Shown here: positions 1 to 13,928 of the stretch, one piece after another
How positions within the stretch are numbered: position 1 is the stretch's first letter
Layout: each line of letters starts with the position of its first letter
Source of the DNA: Catajapyx aquilonaris
Lineage: Eukaryota
Reading direction: 5' to 3'
Length of the DNA stretch: 32,664 nt
Assembly (NCBI GenBank): GCA_000934665.2
Contig: KZ539148.1
Span: 1-32,664, forward strand
Notes under the pieces: generated by a model
Seen by the model: the letters and a program-made list of their open reading frames with translations, nothing else
The model's database searches: none
What the model was told of the DNA's origin: nothing
Translations under genes and position numbers: made by a program

Positions 1-189
1 AGCGCTTCCCTTTCGTACCTATAAAGTTCAGCCTAGTCCGGTAGGGTTGCCACATAAATGCTCTGGGAAATGTCTCATGGCGCTCTCAAGTGAGCACCCA
101 CTGCAAAACCCCTCGGCAGGTGATAAGCCCAGAACGTAGGGGTAGTGTCCGTGGGCTGGGCTGGAGTTACCTGTTGGAGTCGAGATGGA

Positions 190-1335
190 ATTTCGAGGGC
201 AGAATCGTCAACACGTAGGAGAGGGTAGGCCTATAGGCTTTCAGTTAAGTCTCTGGGTTAACCGTACCGTACAGTCAATGCAGAATCTTGGGCTACCGTC
301 TGGCTTGGACACTCATGGGGCTGCTCCGAGGACTGTTTCTTGGACTATTATTTTATCCCGTGTTCGGGCCGGTTCGGGCATAAATTTGCCCTATTAAGCG
401 CTTTTGTTACGGGGCTATCTTCCGGAATGACTGCTTATAGGAAGAGCGTCCCCAGTGTCAATCGCATGAGGAACCCGCGACCCAAATCTAACTGTGTGTT
501 GCTGAAAATATGTCTGGTATTTTACCAACTCAACTCTTTCAACTCAGGTGGAGGTAAGGAGACTTTTTCTAGGACTCCTGAGATCCACTATAGGAATGTA
601 AGGTTTGAGAGAAGGAACGATGTTGTCATTTAGGACATGCCTGGCAGCAGGTTTGGTTTGACTCGATCCTGACTGAATGTCTGCTGAGGAGATCAACTCC
701 AAAGATGGCATCTTCAATGGACCTCATATTTCTACCTTTATATTCCTTTTGCCAATTTGACAACACGCAAAACATCATCTAGGGTAGATAAGTCTTGCGT
801 TAAAACATGACGTTGCGTGTCCAGGGGCAGGGACTCTAAGAGTTTGCCACATACCCACTGTGAAGTCAATATCAGCCAAATCTGTTGGATATGATTTCTT
901 CGTGGGTTAGTGGCTCTTTCAAACGATAACACAAGAGTTACAGCTTTCTTAAGGCTTCCTGGATCTCAGGTGGCCTCGCTCTGTTTGAGGATGCTCGGTC
1001 TGACAGGTTCATGGATTGCCTACAGAACTGTGAGTGCTGTGAGAAAATCTGCTTTTTGGGCAGTAGTGAGCAAGCGAAAGGCCTAATATGCACTGTCCTC
1101 TAGGAACAGAAGCAGGCGAGGCAACATCTCTGCAGCATCCCACAATCGTCACCATAACTCGCGGAAAATGTATAACGTTGAAACGTTCCGTTGTATTTTG
1201 TGATCGGCGGTATTCCTGAGTACACCATGTTGAGAGGAAAGAAACCAAAAACCGAACTCGTGAGTCGTGACTACATACAACCCCGAGAAGCTGACTGCCA
1301 AAAATAAAGCTCAGGTGGAATTGAGGGGTGTCACA
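190..1335 (-). mobile_element. Degenerate Ty3/Gypsy LTR-retrotransposon remnant (gag-like region and start of RT)
   Basis: Minus-strand translation gives Gypsy pol motifs in the expected order, broken by frameshifts: PHAIDTGDALPI (~436-471), NSPRSSP, KPDGSPRFCID (274-306) and AYPLLRVDDS (201-230). These match the consensus SPWASP..KKDGSLRFCVDY..AYPLPRIDD. The helical gag-like piece KLLESLPLDTQRHVLTQDLSTLDDVLRVVK lies upstream (738-932). A short TG...CA segment (1335-1228) followed by TGGTG could be an LTR plus PBS, but this is tentative. Confidence 0.75.
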
Positions 1336-2441
1336 TACGTCTCACCCAAAGGGAGAGATACACCGGACCCTCGAAGGAAAATCTGGTTGTATCAAAACCT
1401 TCATATAATACACATCAGACAGAGAAAATGGTGCGTTCTACTTGGTTGAAGTCTAATACCTGATGGATTTTTCTTGGTTAATAAGCTATAGATCTTGGGG
1501 TGTAATTTTTTGCACTATACGCTTTATATTAACTGTTATATTGCAATAATTTACACTCATTGTATTTTTATTTGTTTTGTTCGTCACTTCTACCTATGTT
1601 GGACACATTTTGGGTGGAATTTTCTATAGTTGGAATACGCTCAGCCATATTTGGCTATTGAATCCTTATTTTGTCACCTTACATTGGCAACTGCCTATGC
1701 TGTTGTGTAAAGGGCAAACAGGTTTGAAGGAAGGCATCTTTAGAAAAAAATTCTAAGCCGGCAGGGCCTAAGCATGCACTTCTGTGTGGTGATGAGCTGA
1801 ACGTGCCTTATCCCTGAAATTTTTGTTTAAGTACCTTGGAGATGAAAGTGTGAGAGGGTTTTATCCTTAAAAAGGGTAGAAGTGAATCAACACGGACAGA
1901 GACTGTGGCATACCAGCAGCTGCAAAAATTTTGAGAGATTCTCTTAGGAACTTCAACAAAATACTCTTCGCGTTCCCAGCATCGCTCTCTTTATCCAAGG
2001 TTGTAAGGTATTAGCTCGTGCTAGGAGAGAGATTCCGGAGGTCCTCCCCAATGTACAATAAAATTAATAGAGAAAATGTAAGTTACATACTTCAGCATAT
2101 TTACGGTACACGTTATTCAGTAAATGTTAATGAATTTTAAAATAGTCACGGCCACACTTTCAGTTACAATAGTATATGATAGGCTACATTCTTTGCAATT
2201 TTTCAGGCATTCCAATCTTATTCTTTAATTATGCAAGGCATTTGCAAAAAATATAGGCTCAGACTTCTTTTCATATAATAATATTTTATATGCTTATTAT
2301 TAAAAATCAGGTTTGTCCAACTGTTAGTTTTAGCGATTAGCAGAAATATCATTATCAGAGAATTTTAGGTTGAATTGCACATACTCTTTAATCACTTCAA
2401 GGGGAAGGGGAGTAACTTGCAAAAAAATGGATTAATACGTA

Positions 2442-2601
2442 CTATCGGGTTCAATTAGTTCCGGCCACTTTATCCTGGTCTTGAAGCAACCCTTCCCACA
2501 CACACACACCTCACCGTGGGGCCTGTGCGAAGGGTTGCTTCAAGACCAGGATAAAGTGACCGGAACTAATTGAGACCAAGAGCTCTTGTTGAGACCGATA
2601 G
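2442..2601. mobile_element. Small hairpin MITE with TA target-site duplication
   Basis: The ends read TA|CTATCGG ... CCGATAG|TA. The ~45-bp inner arms are near-perfect: TCAATTAGTTCCGGCCACTTTATCCTGGTCTTGAAGCAACCCTTC versus GAAGGGTTGCTTCAAGACCAGGATAAAGTGACCGGAACTAATTGA, around a (CA)n-containing spacer. Confidence 0.75.
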
Positions 2602-5479
2602 TACATTGACCTCGGTTTCATAAGGGTCGTTTATGGGAATTCCTTGCAATTCAGTACCTGAAGTAACGCTTCAATTCGATCTAATGTTAAAATATTACCT
2701 GTATATTAATAACCGCTGAAAGGGACTCACATAAGTAGCTGCTTAAATATTAGCAGCTAAATATCAAAAACCGCTAACATTGGGTTTATAACATCCTGTG
2801 CTATAACCTTAGACCGGCCAGGAAGAGCTCATTTTGTGAGTATTAGCATTTTAGACTTTTATGGCAAAATACTACTTCTTTATTATTTACAGTCTTGTCG
2901 TGACCTGCAAAAACATTGCCCAAACTATACAAGTGCAGTTCGCCGCTAATGATTAACTCATACAAAGCGGTATACTAACTTCTGCTTGTTAACCCACTTG
3001 ACAATGAACTTTGCTAGCAACTTCAGTAATTCATCCCCACCAGAGCAACTGCAACTACATCTCTTGTGAAACTATACAATACAGTATTCCAGAACCGCTA
3101 ATAAACGTTACATTACAAAGACGATAACAAGTGAAACATTACGCACAGTTCAGATCCCCATTTTCCTTCCGCGATCATGCTCCGCGCACATCCAATCAAA
3201 TTTTATTTCTAAAAAAATTATATAACGCCCTAATATCACCCAAAAAGAGGCTTAAAATTAATCCCTGTGAAAATCGCTTTGATAAATAAGCTCCTGCAGA
3301 AAAAAATCCGGTTATGTGTGATGGGAGCTGGCAGCCCCAAGCATCAATGTCATTTCTTTTTTCAGCCCACCCATCTCTTGTTATTCTTTTCATACTATAG
3401 AGCCCTTTGCTCACGTTAATTTAATGACGTTGTTGTTGGTGGATTAGCGAAACGTGCGCGTCGCTTTCAATTAACGGCAGGGACATGGGGGTTCAAATGT
3501 GGGTCCGGAAGGATGCGACTCTTCTTGTCTGACCTTCGAGTCAAGTGCTCAGCTGTTTCCTTGTTTCCTTCTGGCCACTGGTATTGTGTGTATCCGTCTC
3601 CTTTGGAGTTCACACGAATATTGCATGAAGAATTGTCTCAACAGGATCGAATGCGCGACATCACATCCTTCCAGCTTTTTTGCACTTTGCTGTGGCTTTG
3701 GATTCCTTGATGGACGGTAGTCCCTGGTTTCTCATTGGTTCAGAGTGACAGGTTCACGCCTGCTATATGCTAAGTTCATGGGAAAGGTCTACGTAAATGA
3801 TTCATGCGGATGGTGGTAATGCTTTCTTTCATTGGGCTGCCTTGGGTGCTAGCTTCAGGCGGTCAATTTGAATCCAAGGAAAGATGGATGAAGCATGTTT
3901 GGGGAAAAGAGCATTGGGCAGACCAAATAAAGTCCAATTCAATCATTGAATTGGATTTTATTTGGTCTGCCCTAGTAAACCCTATGGATGGAGAGCAACA
4001 TTAAACGTGATTGTAAGGTCGGCGGCAAGACATAAAAATAATTACCTTTGCAAGTACCGCCACAATCATTAGCAGCACGGTTTCGGAATCACTGCAACAG
4101 CGTTGCATCAACTGGTGCACAGACCTACTAAAGCGACCTGATTAATCCTATATATTCACCTGTTTGGAATCGCATGAAATTCGGGTGCGTGATTCGTGCT
4201 AAGCGTAATGTTCAAAATCAGATGACATGAAAATGATCCGGCAAGGCCTTCAAAACCTCTGCTATAGTGCCACATGTATCGTACATTTTTTTATTTTTTT
4301 TTNGGGGGGGCCATACCCTGCTCCAGTTGTGTTCTCGCCCATGCTGAGCTAACATTCCATGCAATTAACGGTTGTTGTAGTGCAATAGGCGCATAATTAT
4401 TCTGTTGGAAGGTAGCAAACTTTCCACCCAATTATCTATGCACCGTGCCTAAATATGCAAATGAAATGCGCTAAAATTCGGCTAGCCTTTAAAACGCCAA
4501 GAATAAAACCAAGAACCACAACTGCGTGTGCAATTGATAGGGTCAACAGCAGCGCTAATTGCATGGCATGATAATGAAGCATTCCGGGGAGCAGGATATA
4601 AAAAATGTTTGGATGCAATTTTGTGCCAATTTTCAACGGTTGCTAGTAATTAGACTTTAGAAAATTAGGAGCTCTGTAATACTATAGAGTCACATACAAA
4701 TATGACTTCATGAGTTCTAAGCGAGTATTATTATGTGGAGTTATTACGACTGAGACGATGTCAGAAATGACATAATGTTGAGCTAAGTAAGAAAGGAGTG
4801 ATAGGGTGCGGTTCTTCCTGTAATAATTTGTTACAAAATGACAAATGCAAATTGGATACACATTTTATGCTTAAATGATTTGAATGCCCTATCTTCAAAC
4901 CCCCATTGTTTCTCTACCCCTTTTCCCTATCTCCCCCACATCTACTCAAATATTCACAGCCCCATACACCTTAATGCAGACCGGTACAATTTCATATCAT
5001 ATCTTGATACAAAATTGCCTCGTTAGTCGTACCAGAAAAACTCCTGTAAACAAATCCGAAGTACATGCGCATCGAGGCCCACCCGTTGGAGGCAGTAAGC
5101 CTAGGACAAGCGAGTTCCACGAGAGCAAATGGCTTAATATTCATCACGTGCAGATCGCTGTCACCGAGCTGGCGGAACAAGTCCAGGGAAGTGACACAAC
5201 TTAATTGGACACTGCCGGAATCGGTTGGGCAGCCATCTGAACCAATGTCGAGTTCTGTCCCCCCAACACCGCCGAAAGTTGATTATACGTGAAGCAACAA
5301 AGGGCAAAATGACGAGGCTCATCCAAGATTTATGAATCTCAACACATCTGGAAAAGGAATAGAAAGGGGGCGGATAAGGGGGATGGCATTGCGACAGGGA
5401 CATTAAGCCGGGCAGATACTTCGCATGATGCAAATGGGCCATTGTTTGGCGCGTGAAATTTCAATTGGGAAAGTAGCCG

Positions 5480-5875
5480 AGGCGCGGAAAACACTTGCCA
5501 TGGTATTGTTACTGCTGGGACGAGACAAAAGAGGCTGTGGGGTGACACCTTGCCAAGCGCGCGGATATTCACTTTATGACTGGCATTTCGGAGACGAGCC
5601 TTCACAAACCAGCGTCGTCTCCAGAGCCGTTTATGCCTTTACTGGGCGCTCTTTGATAGCCTATCTGCAGGAGCATTACACATGCATGTAGCATGCTAGC
5701 AAAGGGTTTCGCTTCCGGACTGACTCATGTCCGGGGGTCCTCTGGCAGGAAGGTTTCCTACTTCTGGATGAGGTTCGATCTGGTAGATGGCGCGGAATGC
5801 CTGCCATTATCGGTGCACTGTACGTCTTGGAGGGGTTACTAACCGGCGCGGCGTGTCCGGAAGAATTGTTCGAAA
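5480..5875 (-). mobile_element. Possible highly decayed Gypsy integrase fragment
   Basis: Minus-strand translation gives ..QDVQCTDNGRHS.. (like integrase xDNGxQF) and, downstream, ..RLRNASHKVNIRALGKVSPHSLFCL (like RnxxhxxTgxSPxxLlfG). There are many stops and frameshifts. Confidence 0.35.
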
Positions 5876-6283
5876 GTGAGAAAAAGCTATCTTAAACAGA
5901 TATGGCGAGTTATAATTGCTAAAGCCAGAAGCTGGTTACGAAATATTGACCACCATGCAAATGAGCGAAGATGTTTACAATAACCGTTGTCAACCGACTA
6001 CAATCAGGCTCATAATTGCATAGTAAAACCTGGTTCAGGCAGTAAGAGATGGAGTCATTGGCCAAGAGCCAGCAGTAAAAATGTTAAAAAAAAAGATCGT
6101 TTGTATTTGCTACTGTCATTCTAAAATACAGACAGACTCGGATGCAGCGTAAAACTTTACGATGATCATACGTGGTGCTGGCCATGAAAATAGTCAAGCT
6201 TCTATGGTAGATGAGTCAATATAGACCTATACCATTGACGTTTAGTACATAATCTAGTTTATCACATGATAATGCAGGCCCAT

Positions 6284-6733
6284 CGAGTGTGTTCCAATTG
6301 AAGTGTCTGTTTCAAATGGCCGTTTTGTTAGCATTAATCTACTAATTCCAAACAGTTAATATTCAGCAGTTACTGGGAATATCGAAAATATCAGGGTAAC
6401 AAGGAACCAATTAAAATATTTCATTATAATATTATATTGAGTAAGCAAAAGCTTTCATTTAGGCTCTAAATTGCAGAAATTCCGATTTAAAACAAATAGG
6501 AAGACCTATTTTGACCCGATGGCACCTGAGATCAAATGTTGAAGAAATTATTTTTGAAACTACTTTGCAAAGTAGATACCTATACCCTCCCTCAAAAATG
6601 TGCTATTAGTAGCAGGTATTATTTTATAAAAATAAAAGTAGGTGTGTAACTGTTCGAAAGTACATCACTGTAATCATAGGAAAGTGCAAAAATTTTGTAA
6701 ACTAAAACGGACACCTCAATTGGATTACCTTGT
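6284..6733. mobile_element. Decayed Tc1/mariner-type MITE
   Basis: The left end GTGTTCCAATTGAAGTGTCTGTTT (~6289-6312) is the inverted counterpart of AAACGGACACCTCAATTGGATTACCTTG (~6705-6732). The interior is AT-rich and non-coding. Confidence 0.55.
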
Positions 6734-9362
6734 GGATTACACTATAATCATGTTACGGTTATATTTCGAAATTATTTTCATACCTTTCCGTTCAATATTA
6801 TTATTTAATTAATCACTATACATCGTCCCATGTCACATCTGCATTCAATGATAGCATCAGATTTTATGTACAGCTAATTATAACTTGTGAGACAGAAAGG
6901 ATATAACGAACCTTGTAATGGAAAATAATGAGAATATCTGGAATGCTCCTATATCGACGAACTTTTTCAAAGTCGACTTCGCATTTTATGTCTCAAAACC
7001 CCGCTCCAGCCTGCACCATTTGCCTTTAATGAAACGGAAAAAGCATTGGCAAAACGCCCGTCATGATTACGATAAGTGTACATCGACGAAATATTTCGAT
7101 AACCAACTATTCATATTTACTGGCTGCACTTTCTCCGACACATTTTCAAGCCGCTCCAAACTTCTCCAATATCCTTCCTCGCACTCTTGTACATAAAATT
7201 AACAGCTTAAGACCCAGCACCTTAAATATTTGGCTACAATAACTATCAGCTTACACTGTAGCAGCGCTATATCATGTAGGCCTATAGCGCAATGGATGGT
7301 AACAAATGAAATCGACTAAGCCCAATTTTGTCATGTTTAAATTATTTGCCCAAATTTTTAGGCTCGATCGCCTAGTGAAATCCATTTAGTCCTAACTGGT
7401 TTTTTGAACAGTGGATTTCTCCTGTGTACGCCCACGAAATACTATAAAAGTATATGACTCTGTAATATAAGGCGGAAAGAATGGAAAATGGGAATTCTTA
7501 TACAGTATAGTGGGCAATCATGAATGCCACACATATTTGACGTGCTTCAGAAGCTCTCCTGACGCTGGACATCAAAAGCACAGCTGCTCACTCAGCTGTT
7601 ATATGTCCTCTTGCCTGCGTCAGCGACACCGTGAAGTTCTTGCAGTTTCCAAACTACCATCCAGAGTGGAGTCAGCAATGCGTGCGACACTCAATAGTAG
7701 GCGAGTAGGCCAACGAGTCTCAAGGACAATTTCACACCTCATTACAACCTATATAGGTGCATACCGGTACGTGACACGCAGCCTAAATTCGAGTCGTGGA
7801 TCTTGTCCACTCGGCACATTGCACGCATATATCAAGAACAGGTGTGATTTACATTAGGGTTCCGCCGAGCGTATCCAATGCGTTTGATTACAAAAGCCTC
7901 CACCAAGATCATTAAATTTTGATGCCGGCTTTTCATATGCCGTGTGAAGAGATGTATCTCATGGTAATGACGCCAATTAGCTCGAGTATTTTTTTAACCA
8001 ATTTCTCCCTCGCATTCTCCACCCCACTGAGTTTTCATTACTCAAGGTGCCAGGACGTGATGTGCAGGTTGTGATCAATGCTTCTAATAATTGCAAAAGT
8101 AATGGGATTCCTAGTTGTTTCCGTGGTCAAAATTTTGCGGCTGATCAATTGCAGGGGGGGGGGGGGGCAAATCCCATTATTGGAAATGATGCAACCGTTT
8201 CTCTTGCCTGTTTTGTTCACTTTTTTGGCATATGAGGACGATGTGATTGCCTGGAGTTGAATCAAGCCTGTACACGTAGGTTTATAGTGCTGAAACCTCC
8301 TTGTTCTATTCAAATTTGTTAAAAATTGAACCTTTTTGCTGTATACAAAGTGGGCCAAACGAGAAAATTTAAAATGCAGCCCCAACATTATTTATGATAT
8401 TACCCTTGTCTTCTCCTCCCAGATGAAATATGATGCAACTCTCAAAATGCATATTGCTGCTCATATTCAATTAAGCTCGTTTAGGTCTTGTCAGGAGCAG
8501 TAATTAAAAGATTTTTTGTTGTTCTTATGCAACAAAAGACTAAAACAATTATCTGCAAAAAAAAAGCTGCTCAATATGAATATGGATAATCTTGCATTGG
8601 TTTCTATCTTGTAATATTTCAAACATAATGCTACATGTGCTAATTCGTAATAATGGATTCAATTTTTACAGGGTGTGTACCTCCATATTCATTTACTTCA
8701 AGCAATTTATTGTTCTTTTTTTTGTAGATAATTAAAGTTAACCAACTGTATCTCAAAATAAATCTCATAAATGTTCATCAATATAACACACTTCGATTAT
8801 TCAAAATATTTAGTTTCCATTCAAGAATCCTTTGAATGACGCTGTTGACCGAAAATCTTTCAAAAAATTGCTTTCCAGACAGCGGTTGTCATCAACGTTT
8901 TCATACCAGCAAAAAAGGTAACTTACACCCAGTGAAATTCCCCTACTCTCAAAAAAAAAGGTAAATTACAAACGCCAGGCTACGTTGAAAGCTTCCGTCA
9001 AACCTCTCCATTAATTTTCCATCGCCAAGCCTCCTGGTATGTAGAAGTTGGGAGAACTCCGCAAGTAAAAAAGTTACAGGCTCTCCGAAAAATTTACCGA
9101 CTTCCCATCATGTCAATCTGCACAATACACACACAAAATATGTCCACGTATAAAACGTCATAAACTCCCCCTTAACCCAACTCCACTTCGTCCCCCGGTG
9201 TTCCATGCGTATCAAAAAAGGACGTAATGGCAAAAAGACATTCGACCGATGCACGAAACCGAGACTAAGAGAGGCTCGTAAATCACAGCCGTGGAATTCG
9301 GAAGTCATCCCCTGAGTCGAGATATACATGAATTATATCCTCGTTTGTTTATCGCATGCCTT

Positions 9363-9837
<475 letters not shown>

Positions 9838-10040
9838 ACGTGCTAATAGGCAACAGGGTGGAACAGAAAAGCGGTTATTTTAACCTTTATGTGAAAGTTG
9901 AGGCAACATGTGAACAGATCTGTGCAGCCGCAGAAATGTACCCTTCTTGTAGCCAATCAACAGAGTGATGACCACGTGACCAGATCTGACGATCTCACAT
10001 GTCATATTTGAATAATAAATAAAAAAATGTGCATACTTAC

Positions 10041-10143
10041 TATTGACACGTGCATTCCTCCACTTGAGAAGCAGTCTCGCCAACCCGTCCACATCCTCCC
10101 GTCGGACCAGCTGGAACAGGTCGTGCTCTTTCTCACGTCCCAT
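10041..10143 (-). CDS. First coding exon of a Caskin-like (Caskin/ANKS1 family) ankyrin-repeat scaffold gene; remaining exons lie left of the window
   Basis: The ATG at 10143 encodes MGREKEHDLFQLVRREDVDGLARLLLKWRNARVN. This resembles the N-termini of Caskin1/2 (MGKEQELVQAVKAEDV.., MGREQDLILAVKNGDV..) and ANKS1. The exon ends at a canonical A|GTAAGT donor (10040-10035), phase 1. I found no next exon (..N[YF]QD.DG) in 1-10040. Confidence 0.72.
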
Positions 10144-11254
10144 CTTCACTTCCGGATTTTTACTCCCAGATTCCCATAACCTCAAAAAAACCGTGTGCTT
10201 CCACTGTCTTTTTTGTTGATTAAAGTCTCAAAATCACAGACTTGCACGAGCACATCCTCACTCAGCCCTGTAATAAAGATTTCTCCGAATAAAAGTCTTT
10301 TAACAAAAACTACAAAGAAATGCAATTCGCGAAGAAACATTTACAATCGGCCAAAAAAAATGTACTTATACGAATCAAAAATCAGTCATTTTCGATTTTA
10401 GAGTGTTTAGGAGTGTACTGTTCTAACGCACGGAAAAGCGTGCAACCCGTTCAACTGCCCTGCGCCAAATAATTCGAAAGGGGTGGCTTTCTGCACACGT
10501 GCCGAAATTCATACCATGCATGCGCATCGAAGCTCCCTTCACCCCTACCACCCTCACACACACACAGACCCTCCTTACAGTCTATAACAGACCTATTCCG
10601 ATTCACCTACATACACACGCACGACCAGCATGCAAATGACATTATCAAACACTTCCGATTACGGAGACTGCAACGATACTGTTCATGAAAGGTTTTTGTC
10701 AAGGATCATAAACATGAGCATATACAGTGTTTCAAAATTTTACCGGTATTGTACTTTTGAAGACGGCGTTTTACACAACTGTACTGTCGCCAATCTAAGC
10801 GAAAGCGCTTCGTAAGATAAGACTGGAGAAGAGTCCGGTAACAGACTCCAAACACCGTTACGTAAGGGCTGATAAAAATTTGATGCCAGCTGCTAAAATA
10901 ATCGCGTCTGCAGAAGCAATATCAAATTCGCAAAAATACAGCACGTCACCTCGAACCAAGGACAGCAATAACAGACCGGGCTTCTGTCTTTCATTCAAAT
11001 GCCATTGATTCGCACGATCCACGTGCCACACTCCAAAACCGGAAGGCATTTTCGCCACCGCCTTAAAAAAAAACTCACGAATCACAAAAAAAACATAAGA
11101 AAAATAAATCAACCACACACCACCGCTTTCTAAATGACACGTGATCTCACCCTGTGGAAATTGGCGGTTGGGATACCATAGAGGTCATTTACATCTCTCC
11201 TGCACTCCCTCCCCCACATATTTTCTTAATATTTTTTTTGTAAATATATCCAAT

Positions 11255-11271
11255 TCCTGGCTACGCCCCTG
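11255..11271. mobile_element. Isolated MITE terminus (CAGGGGCGTAGCCAGGA type, hAT-like)
   Basis: TCCTGGCTACGCCCCTG is the same terminus type as TTCTGGCTACGCCGCTG at 15628-15644. The partner end was not located. Confidence 0.4.
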
Positions 11272-11682
11272 CACATGAACAGAACGTATCGGCAACCCCT
11301 TCCATATCACCTCTTCTCACCCATTTTCGGCATCACACCCCCGCCAATCGAGATCTCGCGTGCTTCTTGCAACCGGTTCGATATACCTTTTGCACGTTCC
11401 TCTCAGTTACAGATTGAAAAATTGGCGCCAATTTAGGATCGGGTCTAGAGCGACACCACCACACGTGCTCACTGTCCGAACTGCCCTCGTCTGCAGCCAC
11501 TGCTGCACTGCCCCTTTTTTCCGTCTCTCTCTTTCGCCTATACGTATCCCCCACCCCGCCATCTCTCCCATACCACCCACACCACACCTTATACTCTCGC
11601 CCCCTCTTAATCCTGGCCTCTCACCAGTCCTTACACATTTCATGCAGTCTCCTCTTACTGTACTGTACATTTTAGTACAAAG

Positions 11683-11712
11683 CCCCCCACCCCCACCCCC
11701 ACCCCCACCCCC
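11683..11712 (-). repeat. (CCCCCA)n repeat; G-quadruplex-forming motif on the minus strand
   Basis: The minus strand has five G5-6 tracts separated by single T. Confidence 0.8.
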
Positions 11713-12190
11713 TTTCGCTTAAGTGCAGGGTCTACTAATGGAAAAGGTGTGGATATAGCAGGAGGAGGATATGTGAGTGGTGTTAGGCAGTGTGGTCAGA
11801 ACGGAATAACTAGGGGACAGAATGGATTTTTGTCCAATGGGACTTTGGTTGGAGGGAATATCATGGAGAGGGTAAAGTTCGACTGAATAGGATGGGTTTT
11901 TTTCAAAAATGGGGGGGTTTCATCTTGTTATCTTGTCGGGTGGCATCTGGTTAGTTTAGGCCAGTTTTATCTGTGATAATTTGTACAGATGGAGTCAGAA
12001 GTCCGATAAGTGTTTATTAGTATATAAATAAAGTGATTTTGAGGGATGGCTTCGCTATATCAAGGTCGCATGCTTGCACACATTTTTACACAATATACAT
12101 ACAGTATTTTGATTCTTTTCTTTCCATAAAGCTGCTTCCGGGTTTTCCGCTCTTTCTGATGCACATTCGCAATTTGGCGCTTACATAAAA

Positions 12191-12484
12191 TGAAGACCTC
12201 GGGAGAAAAACGATCAAGGCCCATCTCAGGTGAAACTGACATGAGTTAATCCTGGTCAGGCCCGATAGATATAGAAGGCCCTGGTTAATCCCATTTTAAA
12301 TTTAGAAGGCCCATAAGGCTCCATTGTAAATCCCACTTTCGGGGCCTTCCATAGTGACATATGATCATTACTCCACAACCACGACCAAACCATCATATTC
12401 TGCACTAGTGAAAGTATCTTCTAAAATATGTAACTCATTTTTGACAAAAAGTGGACCTTGATCGTTCTTCCCCCGAGGTCTTCA
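12191..12484. mobile_element. MITE with ~29-bp terminal inverted repeats, family unassigned
   Basis: TGAAGACCTCGGGAGAAAAACGATCAAGG pairs with CCTTGATCGTTCTTCCCCCGAGGTCTTCA with 2 mismatches. There is no clear TSD. Confidence 0.7.
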
Positions 12485-12485
12485 A

Positions 12486-12527
12486 CATGGATTAAGAAGG
12501 TAGCTATAGCTACCTTCTTAATCTATG
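12486..12527. repeat. 42-bp spacerless palindrome
   Basis: CATGGATTAAGAAGGTAGCTA|TAGCTACCTTCTTAATCTATG, with one mismatch. Confidence 0.9.
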
Positions 12528-13928
12528 GTTTTCAAATACATTCGGTTATAATAATGATTCAGACATACGTCTACTGTGACTTCCTGGGCACCATTGGTAC
12601 CGTTTGGCCTCAGCAGCCTCGTTACTGAGATGTAATTGGAGTCAAACATATCCGTGGTTTAAAATATCCTGGCAGGTATGCAGCCCTCCGAGCCACGCCG
12701 CGCCGCTTCTCGCTTCTCAAAAAATACAGGTTTTTCGAAAAAGTAAGGAAAAAAAATTAAAATTGCATGCAGAATAATTCGTATGAATTAAGTGTGTTCC
12801 GACAGGGACGTCGGGACCATGGGGGCCGTGGGGGGGCAAGGGTTACCATTTGCCCCCAAATTATGAAATTGTTACTAAATTCATTAATTAACCCCCATTT
12901 TGTTTATCCTCTATACCAAAAAATTTGAAGAAAAAATCGACTCAATCGGCATTTGTGCATGCACCATCAGTAATATAATATATTAGCCACGAGAGATTGG
13001 GGGGTGGTTGGGGGCTGTCGCGTTCATGGTCGCATTTCAAACGGCAGTCTGTTTCACAAAAAAAAGACGCGCGCTGTGGGCAGGAGTTGGGTTTGGGTTA
13101 TTCAGATGCCGCGAAGCTTGGATCGCAAAAATAGAAGGCAGTTAAGTCTTAAGTGCAATAAAAATACGGTATAACCTGCTACAAGGGGCTGGCCTGCGCC
13201 GGCGGGTCAGTAGTGCTGGTCAAAAGTAACACTCGTCAACTTACTGTAGGATACTTCCTGTTCCTAATTTTGGAAAAAGGAAAGGGAGCCTCTCGCTTCT
13301 CTCAATGGTTTGGGTGTCGGTGTTCTTCAGTATGCCGTATTGAACATTTTGCATAATATGATCGTCCACCCCTCGCTCCTTCCTTCCCCCATTCCCCCTC
13401 CCGCATATCAGCTGTTGGCCCATCCCAGCCACGAATTAGAATAATATGGGTTGTGATATGTGCATAAGAGCAAAAGAATGAAGAGACAGCTAAACCCACT
13501 CTTTATGTTTTATACCTACTTTGGGAAGAAACAGGACGGTGATTTAGTCGTCACCCATAAAATTCTAAAGGCGATTGAAGGTCCGCACTGCATCGATGCT
13601 TTATCGCTTGTGACAATATATTGTAGGCCTTCATTAAATGAACTGGCGGATAATGTGAAAGTGTTTGGGGAAAAAATACGACACAATTATGAGTCATTGG
13701 GTCGAATTTTCGTCTTTCCGCTATAGTAGCGAGCCTATTCCGAACTGATTAGTTAGTTACTTGCAGGCGTTTTTAGGGCCGATTGTAACCCCTTTCGCTG
13801 GGAAACTTCCACCACTTGGCGCTAGTGATTTCCCTATATGAACAGTACGGTATGGAATTTTTTTTCCCCGTTTTTCTCCGTAAATATTTTTAGCATCGAG
13901 ATGGAATTTTCACACATAGAAGCGTGAT

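Noticed and set aside
3480..3760. Possible transposase fragment or host exon (also 7510-7860)
   Set aside because: The composition looks coding, but there are stops in the plausible frames and no motif I can assign.
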